From Opitutales bacterium (lineage in GTDB: Bacteria; Verrucomicrobiota; Verrucomicrobiia; Opitutales; JABSRG01), in the NCBI GenBank assembly GCA_051117635.1, contig JBNPEH010000005.1, forward strand, positions 110,261 to 174,260: 64,000 nucleotides of DNA. The letters run 5' to 3'. Shown one piece after another: positions 28,120 to 37,723 of the stretch. Within the stretch, counting starts at the first letter, position 1. Every line of letters begins with the position of its first letter. The position numbers and the translations under genes are program-made. The notes under the pieces are model-generated. The model saw only the letters and a list, made by a program, of their open reading frames with translations. It ran no database searches and was not told where the DNA came from.

Positions 28120-29154
28120 CTACCAGCTCCAGGGCTCGGGATCGTAGCGGAAGACGGCTTCGCCGGTCTGCTTGACATGGCCGAGCGACGGGAAGGACCA
28201 GTGGTAGGCCATGACCCGGGCCCGGTCGGCGGCCACCTTGCGGAGGATTTCCTTGCGCGTTTCGGCGGCCTGCATCGGATTCACATCGAAGCCGAAGTGC
28301 CAGTCGGGGTTTTCCAGGTAAAGCGCACTGTGGTTGGCCGTGTCGGACAACTGAAGGATGCTCTCCCCATCCGATTCGATGCGCACACCGACATGACCGG
28401 GGGTATGGCCGGGCAGCGGCACCAGGGTGACCCCGGGCTTGAGCGTCGCATCCATGGCCACGGTCTGCGTGACGTCCTTCAGGTTGCGCAGGATGCCCGC
28501 GGTTCGGGCAAACATGTCCGCCATACCGGCCATGTCCGGATCCTCGCGCATGGCCTCGATCTCGGCTTCCGTCCGGGTCCAGAAATTCGCCTCGGGCCCC
28601 GACAACACAAAGGTGGCATTCGGGAACCGGTTGCGCCCTGCGCCGTCGACGACACCCCAGAGGTGGTCGGGATGCGCATGTGAGATCACCACGTGTGTGA
28701 TGTCTTCGGGACGGAAACCGGCATGCTTGAGGTTTTGGATCACATGCCCGTTGTCCCCGCCCATCGCACCGCCGGTTCCTGCATCCACCAGAATGCGTGC
28801 GTCGCCAGTCTCGATCAGGGTGGTATTGAGCGTCGTGCTCAGCGATTCGGTCGGCAGGAAATGATCCCGCAGCGCCGCCCTCACCTCCTCCGCCGTGGCC
28901 ACCGAACCGCCGATGGTCGGATGCGGCGATCCCAGTTGGATGGTGCCGTCGCTGATGACGTAGACCGCACGCTTGCCTACCGTAAACCGGTAGTAGCCGG
29001 CGCCCTGCGGCAGGGGATCCGGCGCGGGTGAAGGGGCTGACGGCTCCGCAGCGGACAGACGCGCACCGGTACCGAGCAGGCCGGCGCCGGCCAGGCTGGC
29101 AGCGAGGGTTTTCAGGGACTGGCGACGATTCATGAAGCGGGTGTACGAAGTCAT
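28120..29154 (-). CDS. Tat-exported MBL-fold metallo-hydrolase
   Basis: 344 aa. It has a twin-arginine signal (MNRRQSLKTLAASLAGAGLLGTGARLSAAEP) and the HxHxDH motif (ISHAHPDHLWG). Confidence 0.85.
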   Translation of the reverse strand: MTSYTRFMNRRQSLKTLAASLAGAGLLGTGARLSAAEPSAPSPAPDPLPQGAGYYRFTVGKRAVYVISDGTIQLGSPHPTIGGSVATAEEVRAALRDHFLPTESLSTTLNTTLIETGDARILVDAGTGGAMGGDNGHVIQNLKHAGFRPEDITHVVISHAHPDHLWGVVDGAGRNRFPNATFVLSGPEANFWTRTEAEIEAMREDPDMAGMADMFARTAGILRNLKDVTQTVAMDATLKPGVTLVPLPGHTPGHVGVRIESDGESILQLSDTANHSALYLENPDWHFGFDVNPMQAAETRKEILRKVAADRARVMAYHWSFPSLGHVKQTGEAVFRYDPEPWSW

Positions 29155-29348
29155 GCGTTATCTTACACAGATGCGGTGGAATTTTCAGGTTTCCCGGACA
29201 GTAAACCCAATCTCAGAATGATTGCGACCCCGGCGGGATGGGGAGGGGCTTTCTGCGAGGCGAATCGACTGGATGCGTGTCCGAATAACCGCGCTCTCCG
29301 GCCCCGTCGCGTCCCTCGCGTCTCAAGCGGTTGATCCCGATCCGTCGG

Positions 29349-31379
29349 TCATTCCAGACCGTACCGTTGCCGGACGTCGGGGCCGAGTGCCTCCTTGAGC
29401 GGATCCAGCCAGGGCTCGAAGTGTTTCCAGACGTCGACACCCGACCGGTTGATCGGCTGGCGCACCTGTTCGGAGCTGGGCGTGCGGACGGTCCGCTTCG
29501 TTTTGTGGAAATCCACACAGGCCGCGTCGAAGGGCAGCCCGCAGAAATCGAGCATGCGCCGCACCTGACCCTCCAGGTCCTCGATGACGTCCTCGTGCTG
29601 CACCCGCAGGACGAAGCCGGGCAGGACGCGGTCCCAGTGGTCCATCAGGCGAACGTAGTCCTTGTAGTAACGCCCCGCCCACGCGAGGTCGTAGGTGAAG
29701 TCCTGGCCTTCCCCGAAAAGCTGTTTGTATCCGCTGAAGCAGCACGCCATCGGGTGGCGCCGGGCGTCGATGATTCTGGCCTTCGGCAGGATCAGCCGGA
29801 TCAGACCGATGTGCAGGAAATTGTTGGGCATCTTGTCGATGAAATACGGCGCCTTGCCCCGGTAGACGCGGGTCTGCTCAATGAACTGCTCGCCGAAGCG
29901 CCGGAAGTAGTCGGTCTTCAGCTCGCGGAGGATTTGCGGATAGCGATCCGACTGTTCGGCCGTCCGCCCGCGCAGGCGCTGGGCCAGCCCGAGGATGTTG
30001 TGCAGCTCCATCGTGCCGTCGACCTGCGGGTGCGAGGCGAGGATCTGCTCCAGCAGCGTCGAGCCGGCCCGCGGCAGGCCGAGGATGAAGATGGGATCCG
30101 GCGCGTCGCAGCCCAGCCCGCCGCGGTCGGCAAACAGGTCCTCGGTGCAGACCTCGATCTGGCGGTCGACCATGGCCTCGGTCTTGTCGGGGCTGTAACC
30201 CGACCGGCGGGTTTTCAGCGCATTGCCCTGCCGGTAAAACCTGAAGGCGTCTTCGTAGGCCTGGCGGTCCTCATAGGCCTTGCCGGCCGCAAAACACAGG
30301 TGAGCGCGGTCCTCGTCGTCGATGTCGGGGTGCTCTATCTGCTCGCGCATCCGCTCCAACTCTGCGTCCGCGAACCGGTAGGTCTTCGTGTTGGCCAGGC
30401 TCCAGTAGGCGTCGCCGTAATCCGGTTTCAGGCGGAAGGCCCGCTGGTAGGCGTCGATCGCGGCGTCCAGGTTACCCACCGCTTTTTCGGCGTGCCCCAG
30501 CATGACGAGGACTCCCGCCTTGTCCGGCGCCGTATCCAGACAACCGCGCAACCGCCGGATCCCTTCCTCGAATTCACCCAGCCCGGTCAGCGCATTCGCC
30601 AGCGCCAGCTGGAAGGCAGGGTTGTTCGGCTGCGTCTTGAGCAGAATCTCGGCCTGCTCCCGCGCGGGCTGAAACTTCCCCTTGCGGTTGAGCACCTTCA
30701 GGTAGTCCATCCGTGCCCCGAGGTGCTTCGGATCGAAGGCGACCGCGCTCTCCAGCAGAAATTCCGCGTCGTCGTAGACCTTGAGCCGGATACCGATTTC
30801 GGCCAGCAGCCGCATGCCCTCGATGTGCTGCTTGTGCTGCTGCAGGAAGCCGCGGCAGAGCTGCTCCGCCTTTTTCAAACGGCCCTCGTGCATGAGGTCG
30901 GTCGCGCCCTGCAATTCGGGCGGCAGCTGCTCCAGGTAATCCGCCTGGGCGCGCGCGAAGCGGGCTTCTTCCTGGCGGTCGTTTTCCGCATGCAGCGCGG
31001 CCAGCGCCTGCCAGCTGGGCAGGAGCCCGGGGTTGCAGTCAACGGCCCGGGCAAAGGCTTCAGCAGCCTCGGTCTTGCGGCCGGTATTGGCCAGGTTGTA
31101 GCCCTGTTCCTGATACGCCCGGCCATAACCGGGATTTCGCTCCAGCAACTGATTGAGCGTATCGAGGGCCCGGTCGTAGGCCTGCTGGTAGCGCTGCGCG
31201 ATGGCCCGGATGTAGCAGGCCTCGCCGAACTGGTCGGGATCGAGATCGCGGCTCATCAGCGGTTCGACGGCGCGTTCGGCCTGCGAAAACTGACTGGCCT
31301 GAATACAGGTTTTGGCCTGCTTGAGGACATCCGCCGTGGGCGGCCAGTCTTTCGGTTGGATGGAGGGTGGTTCGCTCAC
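29349..31379 (-). CDS. TPR-repeat protein fused to a C-terminal sulfotransferase domain
   Basis: 676 aa. The N-terminal part carries TPR repeats. The C-terminal part has a PAPS-binding-type motif (PIFILGLPRAGSTLLEQILASHPQV) and a sulfotransferase-like tail. Confidence 0.8.
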   Translation of the reverse strand: MSEPPSIQPKDWPPTADVLKQAKTCIQASQFSQAERAVEPLMSRDLDPDQFGEACYIRAIAQRYQQAYDRALDTLNQLLERNPGYGRAYQEQGYNLANTGRKTEAAEAFARAVDCNPGLLPSWQALAALHAENDRQEEARFARAQADYLEQLPPELQGATDLMHEGRLKKAEQLCRGFLQQHKQHIEGMRLLAEIGIRLKVYDDAEFLLESAVAFDPKHLGARMDYLKVLNRKGKFQPAREQAEILLKTQPNNPAFQLALANALTGLGEFEEGIRRLRGCLDTAPDKAGVLVMLGHAEKAVGNLDAAIDAYQRAFRLKPDYGDAYWSLANTKTYRFADAELERMREQIEHPDIDDEDRAHLCFAAGKAYEDRQAYEDAFRFYRQGNALKTRRSGYSPDKTEAMVDRQIEVCTEDLFADRGGLGCDAPDPIFILGLPRAGSTLLEQILASHPQVDGTMELHNILGLAQRLRGRTAEQSDRYPQILRELKTDYFRRFGEQFIEQTRVYRGKAPYFIDKMPNNFLHIGLIRLILPKARIIDARRHPMACCFSGYKQLFGEGQDFTYDLAWAGRYYKDYVRLMDHWDRVLPGFVLRVQHEDVIEDLEGQVRRMLDFCGLPFDAACVDFHKTKRTVRTPSSEQVRQPINRSGVDVWKHFEPWLDPLKEALGPDVRQRYGLE

Positions 31380-31589
31380 AAAGTGCCGGGGGGTTCGGGG
31401 GAGTCTATCATGCTGGCGGGACGGATCTCAGCAATGGGGGAATCCGGATGCGGAGCTGTGATAAGCCTGAATGAATACAACGCCGCAACCCTCTAACCGG
31501 CAGCGCATCCCGCCGGGACGGGCAGGGAGAGACTATCAGCAGCGTTGGCTCGGACGGGTATTCGTGCGATCATCTGCGCTCTCCGGACC

Positions 31590-31712
31590 GTCGGCTCGGC
31601 GCCCTTCGGCTAGCTCAGGCTCATTGACAAGCGCCGGCCCTACAAATGACGCTCACCTGTAGGGCTGCCGCTTGTTGAGGACCATGAGCCAGCCGAATGG
31701 CGGCACGCCGAC
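31590..31712. repeat. Imperfect palindromic element (about 55-nt arms); a partial copy lies at 28040-28068
   Basis: Left arm is GTCGGCTCGGCGCCCTTCGGCTAGCTCAGGCTCATTGACAAGCGCCGGCCCTACA. The reverse complement of the right arm is GTCGGCGTGCCGCCATTCGGCTGGCTCATGGTCCTCAACAAGCGGCAGCCCTACA. The string TGTAGGGCTGCCGCTTG...GGCACGCCGAC recurs at 28040-28068. Confidence 0.7.
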
Positions 31713-31774
31713 GCGAATAAGCCGGTCGACGCGACTCGAAATAAATCACCGCTTCATCTCGCTTTGAGAGCATG

Positions 31775-31806
31775 AAAAAAGGGCAAGCCCGCGAACGGGC
31801 TTGCCC
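31775..31806 (-). terminator. Intrinsic terminator of the TonB-dependent receptor gene
   Basis: The minus strand reads GGGCAAGCCCG-TTCG-CGGGCTTGCCC, an 11-bp stem with a UUCG loop, followed by T6. It lies 28 nt after the stop. Confidence 0.85.
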
Positions 31807-31834
31807 TGAAAGAAACCGGCATGGCGCCGCCCGC

Positions 31835-34630
31835 TTACTCGAACTGGTAGGAGAAGCGGAACCCGACCGTCCGGGGACGATTGGTCACGACGTGCGGCGT
31901 GAATTGCTGGGTATCGATATACTGGGCAGCATCTTCGTCGAACAGGTTGTCCACGAACAGTTCTGCGGTCCAGTTGCGGGTCTCGATCCCGACCCCGGCA
32001 TTGACCAGGAAGTAGGCCTCCTGGATGTACCGACCGCCGGGCACGCCATTGACGCCGATCAGCTCGGTGCCGGGCGCGGCACCTGCGAAGTTGGCCGCCT
32101 CGCGCTGGATGGGCAGACCGGAGCCGGCCACCTGATAGACGCGCCGCATGGTGTCCTCCACCACGTAGGCATCCATCTTCAGCCCGGACACGCTGTCGCC
32201 GCGATAGCTGACACCGCCGCGGAGGAAGCCGAGGCCCTGAATCCCGCCGATTTCGGGAACATTGAACTCGTAGCGGGCACGCACGTTACCCGAGAAACTC
32301 GGGGAGAACGGCAGCTCGCTGCCGACCGGTGCGGAAATCCCCTGCAACTCGGGATTCAGCCGGGTAATCTCCGAATCCAGGAAGGTGAAGGCGCCCGCCA
32401 GCTGCAGGTTGTCCGTCACGTTCCAGATGAAGTCACCGTCGACCCCGAGGATTTCGGCATCGCCGACGTTGTCGGCGAACCAGAGGAAGTTAATGTTCGT
32501 CGGGTCGAAGCGGGAGGTCTGCAGGTTGCTGATCTCCGAGAAGAAGGCCGTGATATTCAGCCGCAGGGTCCGGTCCAGGAAGTCACCCTTCACCCCGATC
32601 TCATAGTTGTCGAGGTCGTCGGTTTCGGAGGACACCGGGATGCGAAAACCCTGGAAGGCGCCGGTCTGGTTGTTGGCCAGACCCCCGCCGACCCGGTTGG
32701 TCACCGGCGGTCGGAAGCCCTGCGCGAAGGTGGAGAAGAGCAGGATGTTCGGGTTGACCCGGTAATCGAGCGAAGCCCGCAGGATGACGTCCTCGGCATT
32801 CAGGATTCCGTTGTCGCTCAGTTCCGAGACATCGAGTTGACCGCTCTGGATGGCGTTGAAGACCGTCGTGCCCTGAGCCGGACCAAAGAAGTCCTGCAGG
32901 GCGGATTCGGTGCCGATCCCGAAGGCGCGCAGGCGCTCGGTCACATTCACTGTCGTGGTGGAGCCCTTGTAGGCGTCGTCGATGCTGTACCAGCGGGCGC
33001 CGATGGCGGCGGTCAGCTTTTCGGTCACGTCATACTCGATCTGGCCGAAGGTCGCGATCTGCTCGGTCGTCCGGGTGACGTCATTGACGAAGCTGAATTC
33101 GGGAGCAAAGGGCCCACCGTCCGTATTCAGGCCCTCGGTACCGGGAGGCGCGACCAGCGTCCGGGCGAGGTTGGAGAAATGCGGGCTGTCGGTGGACGCG
33201 ATCTTGAACTTGCCGACGCTGGCCAGTTCCTGCTCGTCGTAGAAGAGGCCGGCGATGAAGCGCCCCTTCTCGGCGGGATCGGAATTGACCCGGATTTCGT
33301 GGGTCAGCCGGGTGTTTTCGCTGTCCTCCTTGTAGAACTTGGAGGGGTCGAAACCCTGCGAATAGGTGCCGTCTCCCGGATAGAACACGTAGTAGGCAGC
33401 AAAGAGCCCGCCATTGGTGTAGAAGGTGTAGTCGATGGTGGAGGCGACGTCCCGGTCGAGGTATCCGCCCGTGTAGATGACATCAAGCTGACCGATCCGC
33501 CCTTCAAGCGTCCAGGTGCTCAGACCGAAATCGTCCTCGTTTTCGTCGGGGGCGAACCGGTTGACCGAGCTGGTGCCTTCGAGGTTGGGGTCGTAGAACC
33601 AGACGCCCTCGGTGTCGAGCGACTGCTGGGTGTGCTGCAGCAGCAGGCTCCAGTCGTCGTTGAAGAGGTAGGCGGCACTGACCCGGGCCCCGGTGTAGGT
33701 GGCGTCATTGAAATCGTCTTCGACGAGCTGATCGTTGCGCGGAATCGGCAGGGTCTGGTTTTCCGGATCGGGCAGGGGGCCACCGGAGATCCGGTCGACC
33801 ACCACCGCGCTGCCGTTCCAGCCACCGTTGTCGGGGTCGTTCAGGATGTGATCGATCCAACCACCCTGGCGGTCGTTGTAGGCGGCCACGCGCACAGCAA
33901 GCTTGTCGTTGACCGGCAGGTTGAAGTGGCCCTCCACCGAATTGCTCATCTCACCACCACTGGTGTTGGAGATGCTGGTGGAGAATCCACCGGACATCCC
34001 TTCGAAGGACGGCTTTTCCGTGATGATGCGGACCGTACCGGACTGGGAACTGGCACCGAAGAGCGTCCCCTGCGGCCCTGGCAGGACTTCCACCCGCTCC
34101 ACGTCAGTCGTGTAGACATCGAGGTTGCGGCCCTGCAGCGCGACGGGCTGCTCGTCTACATACAACGCAACGGAGGGCTGCAGGCCCTGAACCGAAGACA
34201 GCGTGATGATGGTCTGCGAGGTGGCGGCGCCACGAATGAACAACTCGTTCTGCCCGGGGCCGGTGCCCTGAGACACCACATTGGGCAGGTATTCCATGTA
34301 GTCGGACAGCGTCTCGATCTTGAGCGCGCGCAGGTCCGCATTTTCGAGCGCGGTGATGGCTACGGGCACATCCTGCTGCGACTCCTCGCGCTTGGTTGCC
34401 GTAACGACCAATTCCTCCAGCGTCTGCTGAGCAGCTACCGGGATAGCGGAAGCGCTGGCCGAGGCGAAGGCGGCCAGGACCGCTTTTCCGAAACGGGTAT
34501 CGGCCAGTCCGAGACGGAGGCGGCGGGTGAGCGAAGCGAGGAAGGAGGGAGTCTCCAGGTCCAGATTCGAACAACAGCTCGATTCATCCGGGCTGGACGT
34601 TGGTTGAGTAAGCGATTCACGATCAAGCAT
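31835..34630 (-). CDS. TonB-dependent receptor
   Basis: Track ORF 31835..34720(-). It has a plug (ELVVTATKREESQQDVPVAITAL), a long beta-barrel and a C-terminal ...FRFSYQFE. I prefer the ATG at 34630 (MLDRESL...); the start is uncertain. Confidence 0.88.
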   Translation of the reverse strand: MLDRESLTQPTSSPDESSCCSNLDLETPSFLASLTRRLRLGLADTRFGKAVLAAFASASASAIPVAAQQTLEELVVTATKREESQQDVPVAITALENADLRALKIETLSDYMEYLPNVVSQGTGPGQNELFIRGAATSQTIITLSSVQGLQPSVALYVDEQPVALQGRNLDVYTTDVERVEVLPGPQGTLFGASSQSGTVRIITEKPSFEGMSGGFSTSISNTSGGEMSNSVEGHFNLPVNDKLAVRVAAYNDRQGGWIDHILNDPDNGGWNGSAVVVDRISGGPLPDPENQTLPIPRNDQLVEDDFNDATYTGARVSAAYLFNDDWSLLLQHTQQSLDTEGVWFYDPNLEGTSSVNRFAPDENEDDFGLSTWTLEGRIGQLDVIYTGGYLDRDVASTIDYTFYTNGGLFAAYYVFYPGDGTYSQGFDPSKFYKEDSENTRLTHEIRVNSDPAEKGRFIAGLFYDEQELASVGKFKIASTDSPHFSNLARTLVAPPGTEGLNTDGGPFAPEFSFVNDVTRTTEQIATFGQIEYDVTEKLTAAIGARWYSIDDAYKGSTTTVNVTERLRAFGIGTESALQDFFGPAQGTTVFNAIQSGQLDVSELSDNGILNAEDVILRASLDYRVNPNILLFSTFAQGFRPPVTNRVGGGLANNQTGAFQGFRIPVSSETDDLDNYEIGVKGDFLDRTLRLNITAFFSEISNLQTSRFDPTNINFLWFADNVGDAEILGVDGDFIWNVTDNLQLAGAFTFLDSEITRLNPELQGISAPVGSELPFSPSFSGNVRARYEFNVPEIGGIQGLGFLRGGVSYRGDSVSGLKMDAYVVEDTMRRVYQVAGSGLPIQREAANFAGAAPGTELIGVNGVPGGRYIQEAYFLVNAGVGIETRNWTAELFVDNLFDEDAAQYIDTQQFTPHVVTNRPRTVGFRFSYQFE

Positions 34631-35060
34631 AATGCAGGGTTCTCCGCTTCCTGCTACCGGTGACAGCCAGCTGGCATACGGAGAATTTTTTTCAAGGTTT
34701 GTCGTTTTTGAGTTAAGCACCCGAGCATACGGGATAGCCTAACGGGTGCGGCATACCTCAGCTTTGTCAAGATAAGGTAACAGTCAGGCAAAGGACTCTA
34801 GATTCAGAATTTGTATTCTTTTCAGATCAGCCAATATTTAAAAGAATGCTGTTAGTCCTTTCATATTAATAAGTTATGTAAAACAAAATTGCTTTTATTT
34901 AAAGTTTAAAACTATATTTATACATCAACACAAAGCTGTGACGGATGTTCGACCTAAGATTAGTATAATGATCGAAACTCCGTCACGGTCGAGGGTTTGG
35001 CCGTCTCCCTTTCTCTAGCCCGGACTTCTCATGAAGCCCAGATGTGATGAGCTGCACCTG

Positions 35061-35136
35061 TCCGCCATAGCTCGAAGAGCGACGGCGGAAGGCGGCGTGC
35101 CCGCCATAACCCGAAGGGTGACGGCGGGAGGGCGAA
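35061..35136. repeat. Two tandem REP-like hairpin units with compensatory stem changes
   Basis: Unit 1 is CCGCCATA-GCTC-GAA-GAGC-GACGGCGG. Unit 2 is CCGCCATA-ACCC-GAA-GGGT-GACGGCGG. The period is about 39 nt. Confidence 0.65.
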
Positions 35137-35269
35137 ACCGGCTGGGCGCGCACTGAGGTGCGTAACCAGGCGGTTTCCAGCCCGACTACCGAGCCCGTAG
35201 GGCGACACCTCAACGAGCGAAGCGAGAATAACACGCCGCAGATCGCGCATGTGGGCGAGCAGAACTTCT

Positions 35270-36577
35270 TCAGATGAACTGGTTAATCAGGTTTTCGAGC
35301 ATTTCCTGACGGCCGCTGGTCGTCTTCGGCTCACCGGCTTCGAGGGCATAGGCCTCCAGTTCTTCGAAGCCGACCTCGCCCGTTTCGATCTGCTTGCCGA
35401 TCCCCGCGTCGAAGCTGCTGTAGCGCTCCTTGACGAACTGGTCGAGCCGCCCGTCTTCGATAATGGCGGCGGCGATCTCCAGGCCGCGGGCAAAGGCATC
35501 CATCCCGCCGACATGGGCGTGGAACAGGTCGCTGGGCTCGAAGGACTCGCGGCGACGCTTGGCATCGAAATTGAGGCCGCCGGTGGTGAACCCGCCCATC
35601 CGCAGGATGACCAGCATGATCCGGGTCGTCAGATAGATATCGGTGGGGAACTGGTCGGTATCCCAGCCGACCAGTTCGTCGCCGCGGTTGGCGTCGACAC
35701 TGCCGAGCGCCCCCGCGTTGGCGGCGACCGTCATATCGTGCATCATCGAGTGACCGGCCAGCGTGGCGTGGTTGGTCTCGATGTTGAGCTTGAAGTGGTC
35801 CATCAGGTCGTACTCGCGGAGGAAGTTGAGGCAGGCCGCGGCATCACTGTCGTACTGGTGGGTGGTGGGCTCCTGCGGCTTGGGTTCGATGTAGAACTGG
35901 CCGGTGAAGCCGATCGTCTTCTTGTAGTCGACCGCCATGTGGAGGAGCCGGGCGAGGTGGTCCAACTCACGCTTCATGTCGGTGTTGTAGAGCGTGGCAT
36001 AGCCTTCCCGGCCGCCCCAGAAGGTGTAGCCCTCGCCGCCCAGCGCGTGGGTGGCATCCATGGCATTCTTGACCTGGGTGGCTGCGCAGGCAAAGACATC
36101 GGCCTCGCAGGAGGTGGCGGCGCCGTGAACGTAACGCGGGTGAATGAAGAGACAGGCGGTGCCCCACAGCAGCTTCTTGCCGGTCTGCTCCTGGTAGGTT
36201 TTCAGCTCCTCGACAATGGCCTCCAGGTTCTTGTTGGCCTCGCGCAGACTGCCGCCTTCCGGCGCGATGTCGCGGTCGTGGAAGCAGTAGTAATCGATAC
36301 CGGTCTTCTCGAGAAACTCAAAGAAGACGCCGACGCGCTTCTTCGCATTGTCGAGCGATTCGCTGCCGTCATCCCAAGGCATCCGGGCAGTACCGACGCC
36401 GAAGGGATCGCTGAGCTGGTTGCGCATGCAGTGCCAGTAGGCGGCACCAAACCGCAGGTGGTCCTTCATCGGTTTGCCCAGCACTTCCTTTTCCGGCTGG
36501 TAGTACCGGAAGGCCAGAAGGTTTTTACTGTCGGGGCCCTCGAAAGGGATGGTCGGAATGTCGGGGAATGCGCTCAT
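35270..36577 (-). CDS. xylA: Xylose isomerase
   Basis: 435 aa: [51 protein letters not shown]...FHDRD...[14 protein letters not shown]. Confidence 0.95.
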   Translation of the reverse strand: MSAFPDIPTIPFEGPDSKNLLAFRYYQPEKEVLGKPMKDHLRFGAAYWHCMRNQLSDPFGVGTARMPWDDGSESLDNAKKRVGVFFEFLEKTGIDYYCFHDRDIAPEGGSLREANKNLEAIVEELKTYQEQTGKKLLWGTACLFIHPRYVHGAATSCEADVFACAATQVKNAMDATHALGGEGYTFWGGREGYATLYNTDMKRELDHLARLLHMAVDYKKTIGFTGQFYIEPKPQEPTTHQYDSDAAACLNFLREYDLMDHFKLNIETNHATLAGHSMMHDMTVAANAGALGSVDANRGDELVGWDTDQFPTDIYLTTRIMLVILRMGGFTTGGLNFDAKRRRESFEPSDLFHAHVGGMDAFARGLEIAAAIIEDGRLDQFVKERYSSFDAGIGKQIETGEVGFEELEAYALEAGEPKTTSGRQEMLENLINQFI

Positions 36578-36611
36578 AAGGGATAACGGGTGGGAAGGGT
36601 GATTGATGGAA

Positions 36612-37694
36612 TCAGCGGACGCTGTCGGCGAACATCTGCGCTTTCATCGACAGCTCGGCGGCCTTAAAAGCGTGCGTCTGTGTCATGGCGGTTTCGGTGC
36701 GGTCGAGGCAATCCCGAATCAGCCGGCCGAAGAACGGAAAGCCGACTTTACCTTCGGTCTCAATGACCTGTTCGCCGTCCTGGTTGACGACATAGATACG
36801 GCCGGCGCCGCCCTGGACGATATCGCGGTATTTGCGCACTTCGAGGTAGCCCTCGGTCCCCATCACGAAGGTGCGCCCGTCCCCCCAGACCTTGGCGCCG
36901 TCGGGCGTAAACCAGTCGACCCGGGCGTAGGCGGAGACCCCGTTGTCGAGTGCCAGCATGGCCTCGCCGAAATCTTCAAGACCCGGCTTGTCCGGGTTGG
37001 CGAAGTTGTCGACCCGGGCACGGAGAACCTTGCCGTCTTTTGCACCGGCATAGGTCAGGAACTGCTCGAACTGGTGTGACCCGATGTCGGTCAGGATCCC
37101 GCCGTACTTGTCCTTTTCGAAGAACCAGTCGGGGCGGCTGCCCTTGGAGAGCCGGTGCGGGGCCATGATCAGGATCTGGACCACCTCGCCGATCACCCCC
37201 TGGCCGATCAGCTCGCCGGCAAACCACCCCGCTTCGTTCTGCAGCCGCTCGGAGTAGCAGACCATGTACTTGTTGCCCGTATCGGCGACCTTGGCCCTGG
37301 CCTGCCCGAGCTGGTCGAGGGTCGTGAACGGGCTCTTGTCGGTCAGGTAGTCCTTGCCGGCGTCGAGCACCTGCAGGCCGACCGTGCACCGGTCGCAGGG
37401 AATGGCGGCGGCGGTCACCAGCTTCACCTCGGGATCATCCAGAATCTCCTGCAGGCTGGAAGCCCGCTTTGCCTCCGGATGCTTTTCGCAAAAGGCATCC
37501 AGCTTCTTCGGATCGGGATCCCAGGCCCATTTCAGTGTGCCGCCGGCGCTCTTGAGCCCGGCGGTCTGGCCGTAGATGTGCCCATGGTCGAAACAGGCGC
37601 TGGCAAAGACAAATTCTCCGGGCCCGACGACCTGTTCGGTCGCCTGGCTGGTGGGGGCGTAGTCGAAGCCGGTGGCAGCTTGGGTGTCACTCAT
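36612..37694 (-). CDS. Gfo/Idh/MocA-family oxidoreductase
   Basis: 360 aa with family-typical N-terminal Rossmann-like and C-terminal alpha/beta regions ([12 protein letters not shown]...YMVCYSERL). Confidence 0.75.
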   Translation of the reverse strand: MSDTQAATGFDYAPTSQATEQVVGPGEFVFASACFDHGHIYGQTAGLKSAGGTLKWAWDPDPKKLDAFCEKHPEAKRASSLQEILDDPEVKLVTAAAIPCDRCTVGLQVLDAGKDYLTDKSPFTTLDQLGQARAKVADTGNKYMVCYSERLQNEAGWFAGELIGQGVIGEVVQILIMAPHRLSKGSRPDWFFEKDKYGGILTDIGSHQFEQFLTYAGAKDGKVLRARVDNFANPDKPGLEDFGEAMLALDNGVSAYARVDWFTPDGAKVWGDGRTFVMGTEGYLEVRKYRDIVQGGAGRIYVVNQDGEQVIETEGKVGFPFFGRLIRDCLDRTETAMTQTHAFKAAELSMKAQMFADSVR

Positions 37695-37723
37695 AAGGTC
37701 GTTGGTCCGGGATTGAGGTCGGG

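Noticed and set aside
29331-34663. Very long plus-strand ORFs (29331..31496, 721 aa; 31772..34663, 963 aa). Similar ones occur elsewhere: 861..2456, 3016..4602, 8667..9740, 11039..12556, 17540..18796, 20544..21590, 21651..22805, 26356..28044, 35249..36586, 40155..41696, 43722..44957, 44964..46238, 46750..48216, 48255..49394, 49407..50888, 50949..51926 and 52519..53787.
   Set aside because: Each lies antisense to a gene with clear family-level sequence (TPR-sulfotransferase, TBDR, pheT, pheS, gspD, araA, katG, sulfatase, xylA, uxaC and others). Their translations are low-complexity Arg/Gly/Pro/Ala-rich strings with no recognisable motifs. Long stop-free antisense frames are expected in DNA of about 65 percent GC with strong GC3 bias.
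34631-34790. An upstream start (34720) for the TonB-dependent receptor, and a cobalamin or other riboswitch in its 5' leader.
   Set aside because: The 30 extra codons (MLNSKTTNLEKNSPYASWLSPVAGSGEPCI) have atypical composition and precede the signal-like region. I could not identify a B12 box or any other riboswitch core. Only generic small hairpins are present.
35061-35136. CRISPR array, here or anywhere in the window.
   Set aside because: There are only two repeat units with no unique spacers of CRISPR size. No other regularly spaced direct repeats were seen in the window, and there are no cas genes.
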